From an uncultured bacterium (GTDB lineage: Bacteria; Armatimonadota; Abditibacteriia; Abditibacteriales; Abditibacteriaceae): a stretch of 64,000 nt of DNA. Below are positions 39,836-50,108 of the stretch, piece after piece; the first letter of the stretch is position 1; each line of letters begins with the position of its first letter. The position numbers and the translations under genes were made by a program. Under the pieces are notes generated by a model. It did not search any database. It saw only the letters and a program-made list of their open reading frames with translations, and was not told the DNA's origin. The stretch is from assembly GCA_963843795.1 (NCBI GenBank), contig CAWJLW010000006.1, forward strand, positions 3,484,375-3,548,374, read 5' to 3'.

Positions 39836-40591
39836 ATGAATTGGTTGTTGACTCATTTAGCGGCTCACGCGACGGCGTTGCAAAACGGCGATCTGGTGAA
39901 ACTTGGCGTTCTCGTCACGACCGATGTGCTGTTGCTGTTTTCGCTGTCATCGATTGCTGTCATTGTTGAGCGCGCGGTGAATTTACGAGCGATTCGCCAA
40001 ATTGAAGCGCGTGAATACGATGCGCTGCGCAATTTGGCGCGCGACGATCCGGAACGCGCGCGGGCGCGTTTGATGCAAAGCGAAGCGCCGGTTTCGTGCG
40101 CGGTGCGCGACGGTCTGGAATTGGAAAACGCGGGCCGCGACGTAATGCGCGAAGCGATGGCGCAAGGTTTAGAAGTGCAAAGCGCGCGGTTGAGTCGCAA
40201 TTTACCGCTGCTGGCGACCGTGGCTTCGACCGCGCCTTATATCGGCTTGCTGGGCACGGTGCTGGGAATTTTGTCGGCGTTCGCCAACATCGCACGCACG
40301 GGACAAACCGGAGCCAGTGTGGTCGCCGCGCCGATTGCCGAAGCGCTCACCGCGACTGCGCTGGGGTTGGGCGTGGCGATTCCGGCTGTGATGGCCTACA
40401 ACTTTTTTTCGGGTCGCGTTAACGATCTCATGCTGCAAGTCGAAACTCACGCTCTGGAGCTTGGCGCGCGTTTGCTGGGCGTTACTCCGACGCCGGATAT
40501 CGCCGCTTCTAATTTTCATTCCAATGGCGCAATGGCTTCGCGTGTAACAACCGCGCCGAATGCGACTGAGGTGATTACCGATGCGCATTGA
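39836..40591 (+). CDS. MotA/TolQ/ExbB proton channel protein
   Basis: APYIGLLGTVLGI, IAEALTATALGLGVAIPA. Confidence 0.93.
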   Translation: MNWLLTHLAAHATALQNGDLVKLGVLVTTDVLLLFSLSSIAVIVERAVNLRAIRQIEAREYDALRNLARDDPERARARLMQSEAPVSCAVRDGLELENAGRDVMREAMAQGLEVQSARLSRNLPLLATVASTAPYIGLLGTVLGILSAFANIARTGQTGASVVAAPIAEALTATALGLGVAIPAVMAYNFFSGRVNDLMLQVETHALELGARLLGVTPTPDIAASNFHSNGAMASRVTTAPNATEVITDAH

Positions 40592-41042
40592 AGGTCATGG
40601 CAAGCGCAAAGGCGGGCGGCGTTCGGCGCCGATGGCTGAAATCAACATCATTCCCCTGGTCGATGTGATGCTGGTGTTGCTGATTATTTTCATGGCGACG
40701 ACGGCGTTCGTGAAAGAATCGGGCTTGAATATGAAGCTGCCACAGGCCAAAAGCACCGAAGTCACGCCTCAGGAAAACCACGATATGACGGTCGCTTTAA
40801 CGCGTGACCACAAAGTTTTTCTCGATGGGCGCGAAGTCGATATTTCCGCTTTGCAACAAGCGATGACGGCGCGCGGCAAACGCGATAATCAAACGCGCGT
40901 GGTGATAAAAGGCGACGAAAATATCGAATACAAGCGCGTGGTGCAGGTGATGGATATGGCCAAGCAAAGCGGCTTGCCTAAAGTCGCGCTGGGCACGCAA
41001 CTCCCCAACGACGCGACCGCCGCTCCCGTCGCAACTCCGTAA
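40581..41042 (+). CDS. ExbD/TolR protein
   Basis: EINIIPLVDVMLVLLIIFM, IKGD...Y..VVQVMD. Confidence 0.94.
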   Translation: MRIEGHGKRKGGRRSAPMAEINIIPLVDVMLVLLIIFMATTAFVKESGLNMKLPQAKSTEVTPQENHDMTVALTRDHKVFLDGREVDISALQQAMTARGKRDNQTRVVIKGDENIEYKRVVQVMDMAKQSGLPKVALGTQLPNDATAAPVATP

Positions 41043-41108
41043 TTGAATCAAGCACCCGATCGGCCGTGCGTTCATGCGTTCAGTCGACGTTGCTGCAAGT
41101 ACTTGCTT

Positions 41109-43262
41109 ATGCGTTTTCCCCGTTCTTTCGATTTGCGTTGGGCGCTGGCCGGTTCGCTGGTGGTGCATTTGTTGGTGCTGGCTTTGTTGCGCGGCCAAAC
41201 TCCGCTGCCCGAGCGTTTGGTAGAAATCGATCTCAGCAAATTGCCCGCGACGCCAACACCGCAACCTTTGCCCACACCAAAGCCGACCGAAGTTGTGCCC
41301 ACGCCAACTCCGCAAGTACTTGCCACACCACCCGTGCCCGAAAAATTGCCACCACCTCGCCGCATGGCGCAACTTCCCAAACCGACCATCCCGCCATTAC
41401 CCAAACCGGCGCAACAGCCAACCGCGCCGCCCAAACCGGTCAGAAAGCCGGAAATTCGGGCGACGGTTCCCAAGACCAAAACTCAAACTCGCACTGCAGC
41501 GCCGGGCCGCCAAATCACCAATCGACCGACCGACACTGGCTCTGCGCCCGCGCCAAAGCGCCCGACTACGGCTTACGATGGCCAGCGCGCGCTGGTGAAC
41601 ATTGCGCCCGATGCGCCTCGTGGTGACAATCTGGAAGCGGGTAACGCGCGCGATAACAACGCGCGCCCATCGCGCCCACTGACCGCGATGATTCCTCCCG
41701 GCGGCGAGCGTCCGGTGCCCAACTTGAAGCCGGATAATCCCTCGCCCTCGCCCCGCGGCTTGGATCACACGCGTCCGGCTGCTAATATGCCCGACAATGC
41801 CGCGCCCACGTTTAATTTGCGTCGTTTCGGCACTACGACCAGTGCGCAAGACAAAGCGCTGGGCGATGCCAAAGGCGGTTCACCGCGTGGGCGCAATGAG
41901 GAATTGGCCGGCCGTGCGGGCGCGGGCGGAATCAAATTGCCGTTTTCCGTTCCGCGTCGCGGGGGCGATAGCGCGCCTGCGAGCAGCCCGACTTTATTGG
42001 CCAACAAAAGCGATGAAAGCGCGTCCAAAGTCAGCGGTGTTGATGTGACGCCTATTCGGCCCGGCCAGCGCATCGCCTCGCGCGATACTGGCGCGGGAAT
42101 CAACAGCGGTGGCGGAACTGGTTTCGACAGAAGCGGCCCCAATCGCGCCGCTTTCAACACGGTTCCCGGCAGCGGTTTGGGCGCTTCGCGCGGCGATGGA
42201 ATTGGCGGCGCGCGGGGCAAACGCAGCGGTGGAGGTGGCGAAATGGCGGGCGGCGGTTCCAGCGGCGGTGGCTTGCGCATCGGCGGCAGCAATGGTGGAA
42301 ATGGGCGCAGCGGGCCTCGCTACGCGGCCAACGGTGGTTCGCCGTTTGGTAATGGTGGCAATGGCAGCGGCGTTGCTGGAAACGGAGGTGCCGGTGGCGG
42401 AAGCGGCGCTGGCAAGGGGGGCGGACCGGGCGGTCCCGGACGCGGGCCACGCTTGGCACGGCGCGGTTTTGGTGATGGTGAAGGCGGTGGTTTTGGTGGA
42501 CCGGGCTCCGGTGGCGCGGGCGGACGCGGCAAAGGTTTCGGGCCGGGCCTGAGTCAGGGCGGTGGCAAAGGTGGCGGAAACGGCAATGGTGGCGATGGTG
42601 GAAGCGGCGGACTGGGCAACGGTGGGCGCGGTAGAGGCGATGGCGCCGGGGATGGCGATGAAGCTGGCGGCGGAAATCGCGGCGGCGAAGGTGCGGGCAA
42701 TGGCAGCGAAAGGCGCTTGGCGTTAGAGCGCGGGCGCTTGAAAACTTCGTCCGAATCGGGACGCGAAATCGGTCGCGGCATCTGGTCGCCGGGCCTAATC
42801 GGCACGTTTTATCAAGATCCCGATCAGGGTTTGCTCGATCCCGGTCATGCCATCGACTGGCCAGTTTTGGGTGCGGCAGGTTCCAAAAAGGTCACAGAAC
42901 ACACCAATCAAACTATTGATTTCGATTGGGGCATCGACGCGCCTTTGAAAGGCATGAAAGGCGTTTATTGGAGCGTAGTTTGGACGGGCCGCATTTTCGT
43001 GCCTAAAACCGATGAATATCGTTTCTTTTTGGAAGATGTGGACGATGGCGGGCGTTTGTATCTGGACGGCGAGCGCATTATCAATACGTGGCAGGTGCAG
43101 CGTTCGTCGCCCGGCAGCGGCAAAATGAAATTAGAGCGCGGCCCACACACGATCAAATTGGAATATGTGCAGGGCCCGGCCACCGCGTCCTCGGTGCGCT
43201 TGATGTGGGAATCGACTTCGTTCCCGCGCGAACTCGTCGGTTCGTATATTCCCGGTTCGTGA
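41109..43262 (+). CDS. TonB/TolA-like anchored Pro/Gly-rich protein with C-terminal PA14 domain
   Basis: TM anchor SLVVH, Pro-rich stalk, Gly-rich region, IDFDWG...WTGRI...DDGGRLYLDG...IKLEY PA14 signature. Confidence 0.82.
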   Translation: MRFPRSFDLRWALAGSLVVHLLVLALLRGQTPLPERLVEIDLSKLPATPTPQPLPTPKPTEVVPTPTPQVLATPPVPEKLPPPRRMAQLPKPTIPPLPKPAQQPTAPPKPVRKPEIRATVPKTKTQTRTAAPGRQITNRPTDTGSAPAPKRPTTAYDGQRALVNIAPDAPRGDNLEAGNARDNNARPSRPLTAMIPPGGERPVPNLKPDNPSPSPRGLDHTRPAANMPDNAAPTFNLRRFGTTTSAQDKALGDAKGGSPRGRNEELAGRAGAGGIKLPFSVPRRGGDSAPASSPTLLANKSDESASKVSGVDVTPIRPGQRIASRDTGAGINSGGGTGFDRSGPNRAAFNTVPGSGLGASRGDGIGGARGKRSGGGGEMAGGGSSGGGLRIGGSNGGNGRSGPRYAANGGSPFGNGGNGSGVAGNGGAGGGSGAGKGGGPGGPGRGPRLARRGFGDGEGGGFGGPGSGGAGGRGKGFGPGLSQGGGKGGGNGNGGDGGSGGLGNGGRGRGDGAGDGDEAGGGNRGGEGAGNGSERRLALERGRLKTSSESGREIGRGIWSPGLIGTFYQDPDQGLLDPGHAIDWPVLGAAGSKKVTEHTNQTIDFDWGIDAPLKGMKGVYWSVVWTGRIFVPKTDEYRFFLEDVDDGGRLYLDGERIINTWQVQRSSPGSGKMKLERGPHTIKLEYVQGPATASSVRLMWESTSFPRELVGSYIPGS

Positions 43263-43265
43263 AAC

Positions 43266-43305
43266 ACGAAAAGCGCTCTGCAAGTACTTGCAGAGCGCTT
43301 TTCGT
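43266..43305. terminator. Perfect 40-bp palindrome, probable bidirectional terminator
   Basis: ACGAAAAGCGCTCTGCAAGTACTTGCAGAGCGCTTTTCGT between convergent genes. Confidence 0.85.
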
Positions 43306-43319
43306 ATTCAAACTGGCTT

Positions 43320-44285
43320 TCAAATCTTCCACGTTTTGCAAAATCGGTTCAAACTACGCCCCAAGTCGCGATTTTTGTGCAGCCAAAAATCATCGAAAAT
43401 CACCAGATAACTAAAAAAATCGCCATTGCACGACCAGAGTTCGACGAAATGTTCGCTCAGGTTCGCTTGCGACAAGTGCGTCGCTGAATCGGTCATTTGA
43501 CTGGCTTTAATCTGTTCGGGCGTTAAATTGGCAATCTCCTCGTTGGGAATTTCATCCAGACTTGTCGAGGGAAATCGAGCCAGTTCGTTGAAAATTTGTT
43601 CTTGGTCAGAGTTTGGGAGAATTTTGCAAAGCTGCTGCAAAAAACGGATTTCGTGCAGACCATAAGAAAGTCGGTTGGTCGTTGTCGCCAGTTCATGGGT
43701 GCGCAGAAAATCTACTAAATCGGGCACGCTCACGCCCTCGATGAGATAAGCGCCTTCCAAATCTGACAGATGTGAACTGTCGTAGATCATCGAAGATAGG
43801 TAGTAAGTATGGCCGCGCGCCGCGCCGTGCAGTGGTACGATTTTAGCTGGCAAAATTTCGGTATCTGGTTCGGCGACAAATTCGGTTGGCAAATCGTCGT
43901 ATAGCCACAGACTGAGATTTTCGGGGTTTTGCGCCGCGTAAATTTCATCAAAAACATACCACGCCAGCTCGATTTCGTCGTCGTCGGTGAAGACCTGCAC
44001 ACAGTTTTTCTTCACTAAAACCTGATTTGAGTAAACGAAATTTTCCAGCTTATCCTTCAAATCGCGCAAATTTCGCGGCGCTTCGACCGACTTTTGCTCC
44101 TGATAATTGGTGACTGGAAGACCGTAGGGGTGAGCGCCCAGAAAATTTTCGATAGCTTTCGCTTCCTGACTGCACAACAGTTCCCAGTTACCGACAAACC
44201 AATCCAAAACCGAAGCGGCTTCAAAGGTGCGCACATGACGATTGTTGTAAATGTAACCGCTGCGATAAGCGAAATAAATTTTCAT
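43320..44285 (-). CDS. Hypothetical protein
   Basis: 321-aa globular-looking ORF, visibly more AT-rich, no recognised motif. Confidence 0.75.
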   Translation of the reverse strand: MKIYFAYRSGYIYNNRHVRTFEAASVLDWFVGNWELLCSQEAKAIENFLGAHPYGLPVTNYQEQKSVEAPRNLRDLKDKLENFVYSNQVLVKKNCVQVFTDDDEIELAWYVFDEIYAAQNPENLSLWLYDDLPTEFVAEPDTEILPAKIVPLHGAARGHTYYLSSMIYDSSHLSDLEGAYLIEGVSVPDLVDFLRTHELATTTNRLSYGLHEIRFLQQLCKILPNSDQEQIFNELARFPSTSLDEIPNEEIANLTPEQIKASQMTDSATHLSQANLSEHFVELWSCNGDFFSYLVIFDDFWLHKNRDLGRSLNRFCKTWKI

Positions 44286-44307
44286 GAAGTGATGCTTTGA
44301 AAATTTG

Positions 44308-44359
44308 ACAAAAAGCGCGCTGCAAGTACTTGTGCAGGTACTTGCAGCGCGCTTTTTGT
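44308..44359. terminator. Double-core hairpin (22-bp stem) downstream of glgC
   Basis: ACAAAAAGCGCGCTGCAAGTAC-TTGTGCAG-GTACTTGCAGCGCGCTTTTTGT. Confidence 0.8.
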
Positions 44360-44369
44360 TGCTTCAGGT

Positions 44370-45767
44370 TTATTTGAACACCATATATTTGGGAATGACG
44401 ACTACGCCTTCATCGGTAACGGTGAAGCGTTTGCGATCTTCTTCTAAATCGACGCCGATTTGGGTGTTTGGTGGGATTTTGACGTGTTTGTCGATGATAG
44501 CGCGCTTAATGACACAATTGCGCCCGATTTCGACATCATCGAACAGGACGCTATCTTCAACGCTGGCCCACGAATGCACGAAACAGCGCGGACCTAAAAT
44601 GCTGCGTTCCACAGTCGATCCCGAAACAATCGCGCCCGTTCCCATTAAACAATCGCGCGCGTTGGCAATGCGATTATCGCCCTGGGAAACGGTTTTGGCG
44701 GGCGGGCCGGGCTGATGGCGGCGGTGGATGGGCCATTCGTCGTCGTACAAATTGAACTGCGGTGTGCGCTGCACCAAATCCATATTGGCGTCGTAGTAAG
44801 AGGCAAGCGTGCCGATATCGCGCCAGTAAACTTCGGGGCCTTTGTTTTCATCGACAAACGGGTAAGCGAAAACGCGGTCGCCGTTTTCCACCATTGTCGG
44901 AATGATGTTCTTGCCGAAATCGTGTTCGGTATCCTGCTTCATGTCTTCGATCACGCGGCGCACCAAGTTTTTCGTCGAGAAAATGTAAACGCCCATCGAA
45001 GCGTAAGACGAATTCGGATCGTGCGGCAATGTCGGCGGTTCGGCGGGTTTTTCGACGAATTCGGTGATGCGTCCGCTTTCATCGGCTCCGGCGATGCCCA
45101 AACGCGAGGCTTCGGCGAGTGGGACTGTGGTGCAGGAAATTGTCAGGTCAGCGTTATTTTTAAGATGGAAATCGAGCATTTTGGCGTAATCCATCTTGTA
45201 AATGTGGTCACCGGACAAAATCACAACGTAACTGGGACGATCTTGCTCCAAAGTGTAAATGTTCTGAAAAATGGCGTCTGCCGTGCCCTGATACCAGCGC
45301 TTGACATTGCGCTGTTGCGGCGGGATAACATCGACATATTCGCCCATTACGGGGTTGAACAAATCCCAGGCGGCGCGAATGTGGCGTTGCAGCGAATACG
45401 ATTTGTATTGCGTCATTACCTGAATGCGGCGCAGGCCGGAATTGATGCAGTTGGAAAGAGCAAAATCGATAATACGATAGTTGCCGCCAAAGGGCACGCC
45501 GGGTTTGGCGCGGTCGCGCGTCAGGGGATACAAACGCTCGCCCTGACCACCGGCCAAAAGCATAACGAGTGTGTTGTGTAGCTCCGATTCCTGACCGCGC
45601 GCTGTCACGCCGCGCCGCAAAGTGGGCGCGTAACGCACCAGGTTGGGACGTGCATAAGCATCGACGGGCGAAGGCGGCACAGTGTCGGGATGGCCGTTGG
45701 AATCGGAATTACGGTTGGAGGCGGTTGCATCAGAGACGACGGAATCTTGGGCGTTGGAATCGTTCAT
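44370..45767 (-). CDS. glgC: Glucose-1-phosphate adenylyltransferase
   Basis: LAGGQGERLYPLTRDRAKPGVPFGG, GTADA, SGDHIYKMDY, FVEKP, YWRDIGT. Confidence 0.96.
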   Translation of the reverse strand: MNDSNAQDSVVSDATASNRNSDSNGHPDTVPPSPVDAYARPNLVRYAPTLRRGVTARGQESELHNTLVMLLAGGQGERLYPLTRDRAKPGVPFGGNYRIIDFALSNCINSGLRRIQVMTQYKSYSLQRHIRAAWDLFNPVMGEYVDVIPPQQRNVKRWYQGTADAIFQNIYTLEQDRPSYVVILSGDHIYKMDYAKMLDFHLKNNADLTISCTTVPLAEASRLGIAGADESGRITEFVEKPAEPPTLPHDPNSSYASMGVYIFSTKNLVRRVIEDMKQDTEHDFGKNIIPTMVENGDRVFAYPFVDENKGPEVYWRDIGTLASYYDANMDLVQRTPQFNLYDDEWPIHRRHQPGPPAKTVSQGDNRIANARDCLMGTGAIVSGSTVERSILGPRCFVHSWASVEDSVLFDDVEIGRNCVIKRAIIDKHVKIPPNTQIGVDLEEDRKRFTVTDEGVVVIPKYMVFK

Positions 45768-45878
45768 GATAAATTTGGAAATTTGAATTGAATTTTTCGA
45801 GGCTTTGATAAGTAAACGTGCCGGAGATGCATAAAAAGCGTGCTGCGAGTACTCGCGCAAGTACTCGCAGCACGCTTT

Positions 45879-46250
45879 TCAAGCCTGCGCCGATTTATCG
45901 AGCAGACGTTTGACGGCGGCCTTCAATTCCGTGAGATCGGAACTTTTCACGATATAAGCATCGGCTGCCCACGAATTGAACGAATCGCCGTAAGAAGCAT
46001 ACGCCGTGTTGAGAATCACCGGAATTTGCGCGTCGTGCTCTTGCAACTGGGCCAGCGTATCCAAACCGTCCATCACTGGCATATTCACATCCATTACGAT
46101 GAGGTCGGGACGAGTCTCGCGCACTTTGCCCAACGCTTCCTTGCCATTGCCCGCCGTCATCACATCATAACCTTCGTCTAGCAATTCTTCTTCGTACAGC
46201 GTGCGTTGGTTGGTATCGTCTTCGACAACCAGAATGGTATGCTTCTCCAT
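45879..46250 (-). CDS. Single-domain response regulator
   Basis: ILVVEDD, VMDVNMPVMDG, YIVKSSD. Confidence 0.93.
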   Translation of the reverse strand: MEKHTILVVEDDTNQRTLYEEELLDEGYDVMTAGNGKEALGKVRETRPDLIVMDVNMPVMDGLDTLAQLQEHDAQIPVILNTAYASYGDSFNSWAADAYIVKSSDLTELKAAVKRLLDKSAQA

Positions 46251-46325
46251 AACGTTCTCTCCTTACTTTCAACTTCTATTACTCTTATTAGTTCAAGCAG
46301 CTTAGTGTAGATGATTATGCTCTTC

Positions 46326-49300
46326 TTATGGGGTTTGCGCGAGCAAATCGGGGGTTAAATTTTCGTTATTTTCTAATTCGCCAGCGATTTCACTGGCGAA
46401 TTCGCTATTAAGTTCTTCGGTGCTATCGGAGGTTTTATCGAGCGAGCGTAGCGGCAAGCACAGGACGAAGGTGGTGCCCTTGCCTTCTTCCGATTGCGCA
46501 CTGATATCGCCGCCGTGATCTTGCAAAATGCGGCGCGTAACGGGCAAGCCCAAACCTGAACCGGAAAGTTTGGTAGAAAAGAATGGATCGAAAATTTGTT
46601 TCAGGCTATTTTGTGAGATGCCGACGCCGGTATCGCTGATCAAAATTTCGACAAATCGACTGTTGGGATTTCTGCTGTGAGGGTCGTCTTTAATTTGATG
46701 AATTTGCGCGGCCTGTTCGCAGCCGCTGTGGTCGAGATCGGTGAGGCGCGTGCTGACGCGGAGCGTGCCACCTCCCGTCATCGCCTGTGCGCCGTTGCGC
46801 GCAATGTTCAAAACCGCTTGTAACAAGCGGCTGCGGTCGAAAACGACCGGCGGCAAATCGGGTGCAAAGTCGCGCACCAGTTGGATATTGCCGCCGCGCA
46901 GATCGGCATCGGCCAGCAGCAGGGCATGCTCAACGACATCATTGAGCGAATGCGGAGACAAGTTGAGTTCGCGCGGGCGCGCCATGTCCAGCAAATCGGT
47001 CAACAATTCTTCCAAACGCTTCACTTCATCGACGATAATGGCGGCTTTGCGCGCGACACCTTCGGCATCATCGGGCTTGCGCAAAACGCCGCGCGCAAAG
47101 CCGCCAATGGTGGAAAGCGGATTGCGAATTTCGTGCGAAACGCGCGCCGCCATCTGGCCCACCGCGACCAAACGTTCGGCGGAAACCACTTCGCGCTGCG
47201 CTTTTTGCAAGGCCTGATAAGTCAGGGCGTTTCCAACGGTCAAACCGGCTTGCTGAGAAAGCGTATCGAGCAGTTGAACATCATCATCATCGATATGATT
47301 TCCCGAATACAGATTATCCGCCAGCACTACACCGACCAAACCATCGCTGGTCAAAAGCGGGGCAACGGCAATTTCGCTCGCGGTAAAAAGTTGTGAAGCG
47401 GCTTCGTATTGTGCGCGCTGCTCTTCGTTTAGCTCCTCGCTGGGTGCGAACAGGTCTGCAGGCGTGGCGCAGATAGCGCTGCCTTCGTCCATCACCTGTA
47501 CAAATGGAGCCAGAGCAGGGTTATCGAAATCGAGTTTGATCGCGCGCGTGAAATTTTGCAGCGGCGTCTGCGACGACGGGTCGAACTTGCCCTGAAAACT
47601 ATCGGCGCCCGCTAAAATTTCCTGCAAGCTGGGATCGCGCTGCGACATTTCGTGCCAAATTTTTCCGGCTTCGTCGGGCGACGACGGCCCCAAGGCCATC
47701 GCGCCTTCAAGAAAAGCGCTGCCTTCGCCTTCGGATCGCGTATGACGCAACAGCACAAAAGCGCGATTGAAGCCCAGTGAGGAACCCGCAGTGATACAGG
47801 TCAAAACCGTATGCAGCACGCGATCAATATCGAGCGAAGCCTGAAAGAAACGCGAAATTTCGTGCATCAATTGCAACTGATGCGTTTTGCGCCAGCGCAG
47901 CGTAATATTGATTAACAGCAGAACCGCTTTGGCTTCGCCACGAAAATACACGCGGAAAATACGCGTATCAAAAACGAAATGGCTATCGTTGGCCCACACC
48001 TGAACTTCAGGCACTTCGCGCGCGATGCCGTCTTCGGTCACCTGCCGAATCGTGGATTCGAGATCGTGTTTATCGATCAGATTTTGCCCGAATGCTTGTG
48101 CCATCGGTTGCCCGACCAATTGTTCGCGCTCCATGCCCAGCACTTGGCACAAGCGCACGTTCACTACTTCCATCGTGCCCTGCGTATCGACGACTAAGAG
48201 CGAATGAGACATCGTATCGAGCAGCGTTTGATGAAACTGATTCAATTCTTCGATTTCGCGAAACAAACGGCTCGAATGCAAATGCGAAGCGATAATGGTG
48301 CACGCGGTTTCCAACGCGACGGCATCGCGCGCATCAAAGGCAATCGCGTCCTGACATTGCACTGCGACTACACCCATCACGCGACCTTCGGAAACCACCG
48401 GCACGCACATTTCAGCGCGCGATTCCCGATAAACGCCGGGCGCTCGCTCGCTTTGCTCATCACCGACATTGGTGCGGTCACGCGAATAATGCAAAGTCTG
48501 CCCGTTTAACGCGGCGCGCCCCGGCAACCCCAACCCCAGCGGATGACGACCGCCCGGCGGCACCGCCAATCCGTAACCGCCCGATTGTGCGACCGCTACG
48601 AGTTCGCCGTCGGGCACCCCATTCGGTGCGCCTTCGTGCTGCGTTTCGTGGTCAGCCTGTGCAGTGCGCGAGTTTTGCGGCGCGTTGATAACGGTGTTGA
48701 GCGCGCTTTTACCCTGCGATTCCAGCGAAAAGAAAGTCACATCGCACTCGCGAAAATGGTTCTGAATCGCAATCGTTGCGCACTGCAGAAATTCTTCGAG
48801 AACCGGATTATCCAGCGCGCAACGCTGCACATCGTTAATAAGCGATAAATGCTGGGCGCGGCGCTGCTCCTGCAAAAAAAGCGCTCGATAGCGTTCTTCC
48901 GATTGTTGCAGCTCACGCGTGCGCGAAGCCACGCGCTCTTCCAGCTGTCCGGCGTAGGATTGCAATTCGCGCTGGCTTTGGCGCAACTGTGTGACATCGC
49001 GCAAAATCGCCTGCGCCACGCGATTGCCATCAACTGTAATCCAGTTGCACGAAAGCGAAACCGGCACTTCCAAACGTGGCCCGCGATTGAGGCGACGACC
49101 GCTGCGCTCCATGCCCACCGTGGGCAAATTCGCATTCGCGCCATTGCGGGCCGAAGCGTAATTAAGCGGGTCTTCTGCAAGTACTTGCGTGTCGTTGGGC
49201 CCCGTCCTGGCCGATGCATCCGAATCGGGAGGATTGGCGCTGGCTTCCGTTTCCGCACCAGCATCAGATTCGCTTGGAGCCTTTTCAATCGGACCGGGCC

Positions 49301-49997
49301 GCCGAATTGTCATGTCTTCCAAACGCAGCGAGGTGCCGTCTTTTTGCGAAACCAGCCATTGAATTTGGGCGCGGTGTTCGGGAGGAAACAGCTCGGCGAA
49401 CGGAGTTTTGAGCAACTCTTCTCGTGGTCGTGCCAGCAAACGTTCTGCTTGCGCGTTGACTTCGAGAATCGTGCCCTTTCCAGGCTGAAACGAGATAATG
49501 GCTTCGGAAGCATTTTGCAGCAGCGAAGCGTAAGTTTTTTCGGATAGTCGCGCTTGAGCGTTGTTGGCCGCGCCGTTTTCGGGAGTTCCGCTGTGCAGCA
49601 AATCTTCCAATTCGGTCATCTGTTCATTGAGGAGTTGCAACATATCGCCGCTATGCGCGTGCCCTTGGAAATGTTGCTTCACATCACGCGATGCCAATTG
49701 ACGATACAAATTGGCGATACGAGCCAGATGAGCGGTTGAAACACCGCGCTGAATCCCTTTGGCAATCAAACCTTCGGCAAAAGCGAAAGCTTCGCGATTG
49801 CTCGGATCCCCGATATTAGTGGCCAACAAGCTCAAAAGTTCATCGAGTTCGCTGCCAATTTTCAATCCGCCATTATCTTGAATGTCGCGACGCACCGTCG
49901 AAAGTTCTGGTGCGCCATTGATGCGCGCACGCAAACGCTGCAACAGCGTTGGACGACGACGCTGCAAATAAGTCGAGAGCGTGATGCGAGCGGGCAT
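46326..49997 (-). CDS. Cytoplasmic multisensor histidine kinase (helical N-domain, PAS, GAF, PAS, GAF, HisKA, HATPase)
   Basis: SHEIRNPL, NIARNG, DTGVGI, FDPFFSTK, GSGLGL; no TM segments seen. Confidence 0.93.
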   Translation of the reverse strand: MPARITLSTYLQRRRPTLLQRLRARINGAPELSTVRRDIQDNGGLKIGSELDELLSLLATNIGDPSNREAFAFAEGLIAKGIQRGVSTAHLARIANLYRQLASRDVKQHFQGHAHSGDMLQLLNEQMTELEDLLHSGTPENGAANNAQARLSEKTYASLLQNASEAIISFQPGKGTILEVNAQAERLLARPREELLKTPFAELFPPEHRAQIQWLVSQKDGTSLRLEDMTIRRPGPIEKAPSESDAGAETEASANPPDSDASARTGPNDTQVLAEDPLNYASARNGANANLPTVGMERSGRRLNRGPRLEVPVSLSCNWITVDGNRVAQAILRDVTQLRQSQRELQSYAGQLEERVASRTRELQQSEERYRALFLQEQRRAQHLSLINDVQRCALDNPVLEEFLQCATIAIQNHFRECDVTFFSLESQGKSALNTVINAPQNSRTAQADHETQHEGAPNGVPDGELVAVAQSGGYGLAVPPGGRHPLGLGLPGRAALNGQTLHYSRDRTNVGDEQSERAPGVYRESRAEMCVPVVSEGRVMGVVAVQCQDAIAFDARDAVALETACTIIASHLHSSRLFREIEELNQFHQTLLDTMSHSLLVVDTQGTMEVVNVRLCQVLGMEREQLVGQPMAQAFGQNLIDKHDLESTIRQVTEDGIAREVPEVQVWANDSHFVFDTRIFRVYFRGEAKAVLLLINITLRWRKTHQLQLMHEISRFFQASLDIDRVLHTVLTCITAGSSLGFNRAFVLLRHTRSEGEGSAFLEGAMALGPSSPDEAGKIWHEMSQRDPSLQEILAGADSFQGKFDPSSQTPLQNFTRAIKLDFDNPALAPFVQVMDEGSAICATPADLFAPSEELNEEQRAQYEAASQLFTASEIAVAPLLTSDGLVGVVLADNLYSGNHIDDDDVQLLDTLSQQAGLTVGNALTYQALQKAQREVVSAERLVAVGQMAARVSHEIRNPLSTIGGFARGVLRKPDDAEGVARKAAIIVDEVKRLEELLTDLLDMARPRELNLSPHSLNDVVEHALLLADADLRGGNIQLVRDFAPDLPPVVFDRSRLLQAVLNIARNGAQAMTGGGTLRVSTRLTDLDHSGCEQAAQIHQIKDDPHSRNPNSRFVEILISDTGVGISQNSLKQIFDPFFSTKLSGSGLGLPVTRRILQDHGGDISAQSEEGKGTTFVLCLPLRSLDKTSDSTEELNSEFASEIAGELENNENLTPDLLAQTP

Positions 49998-50108
49998 AAA
50001 AAAATTAGAGCCGTGCGAATTCAGTGCGTTTTCGATGCCTTGCAAGTACTTGCGGTGTGGCCCTTCACGCAAGTACTTGCAAGGCACGTATTATCAACTA
50101 AATCACGA

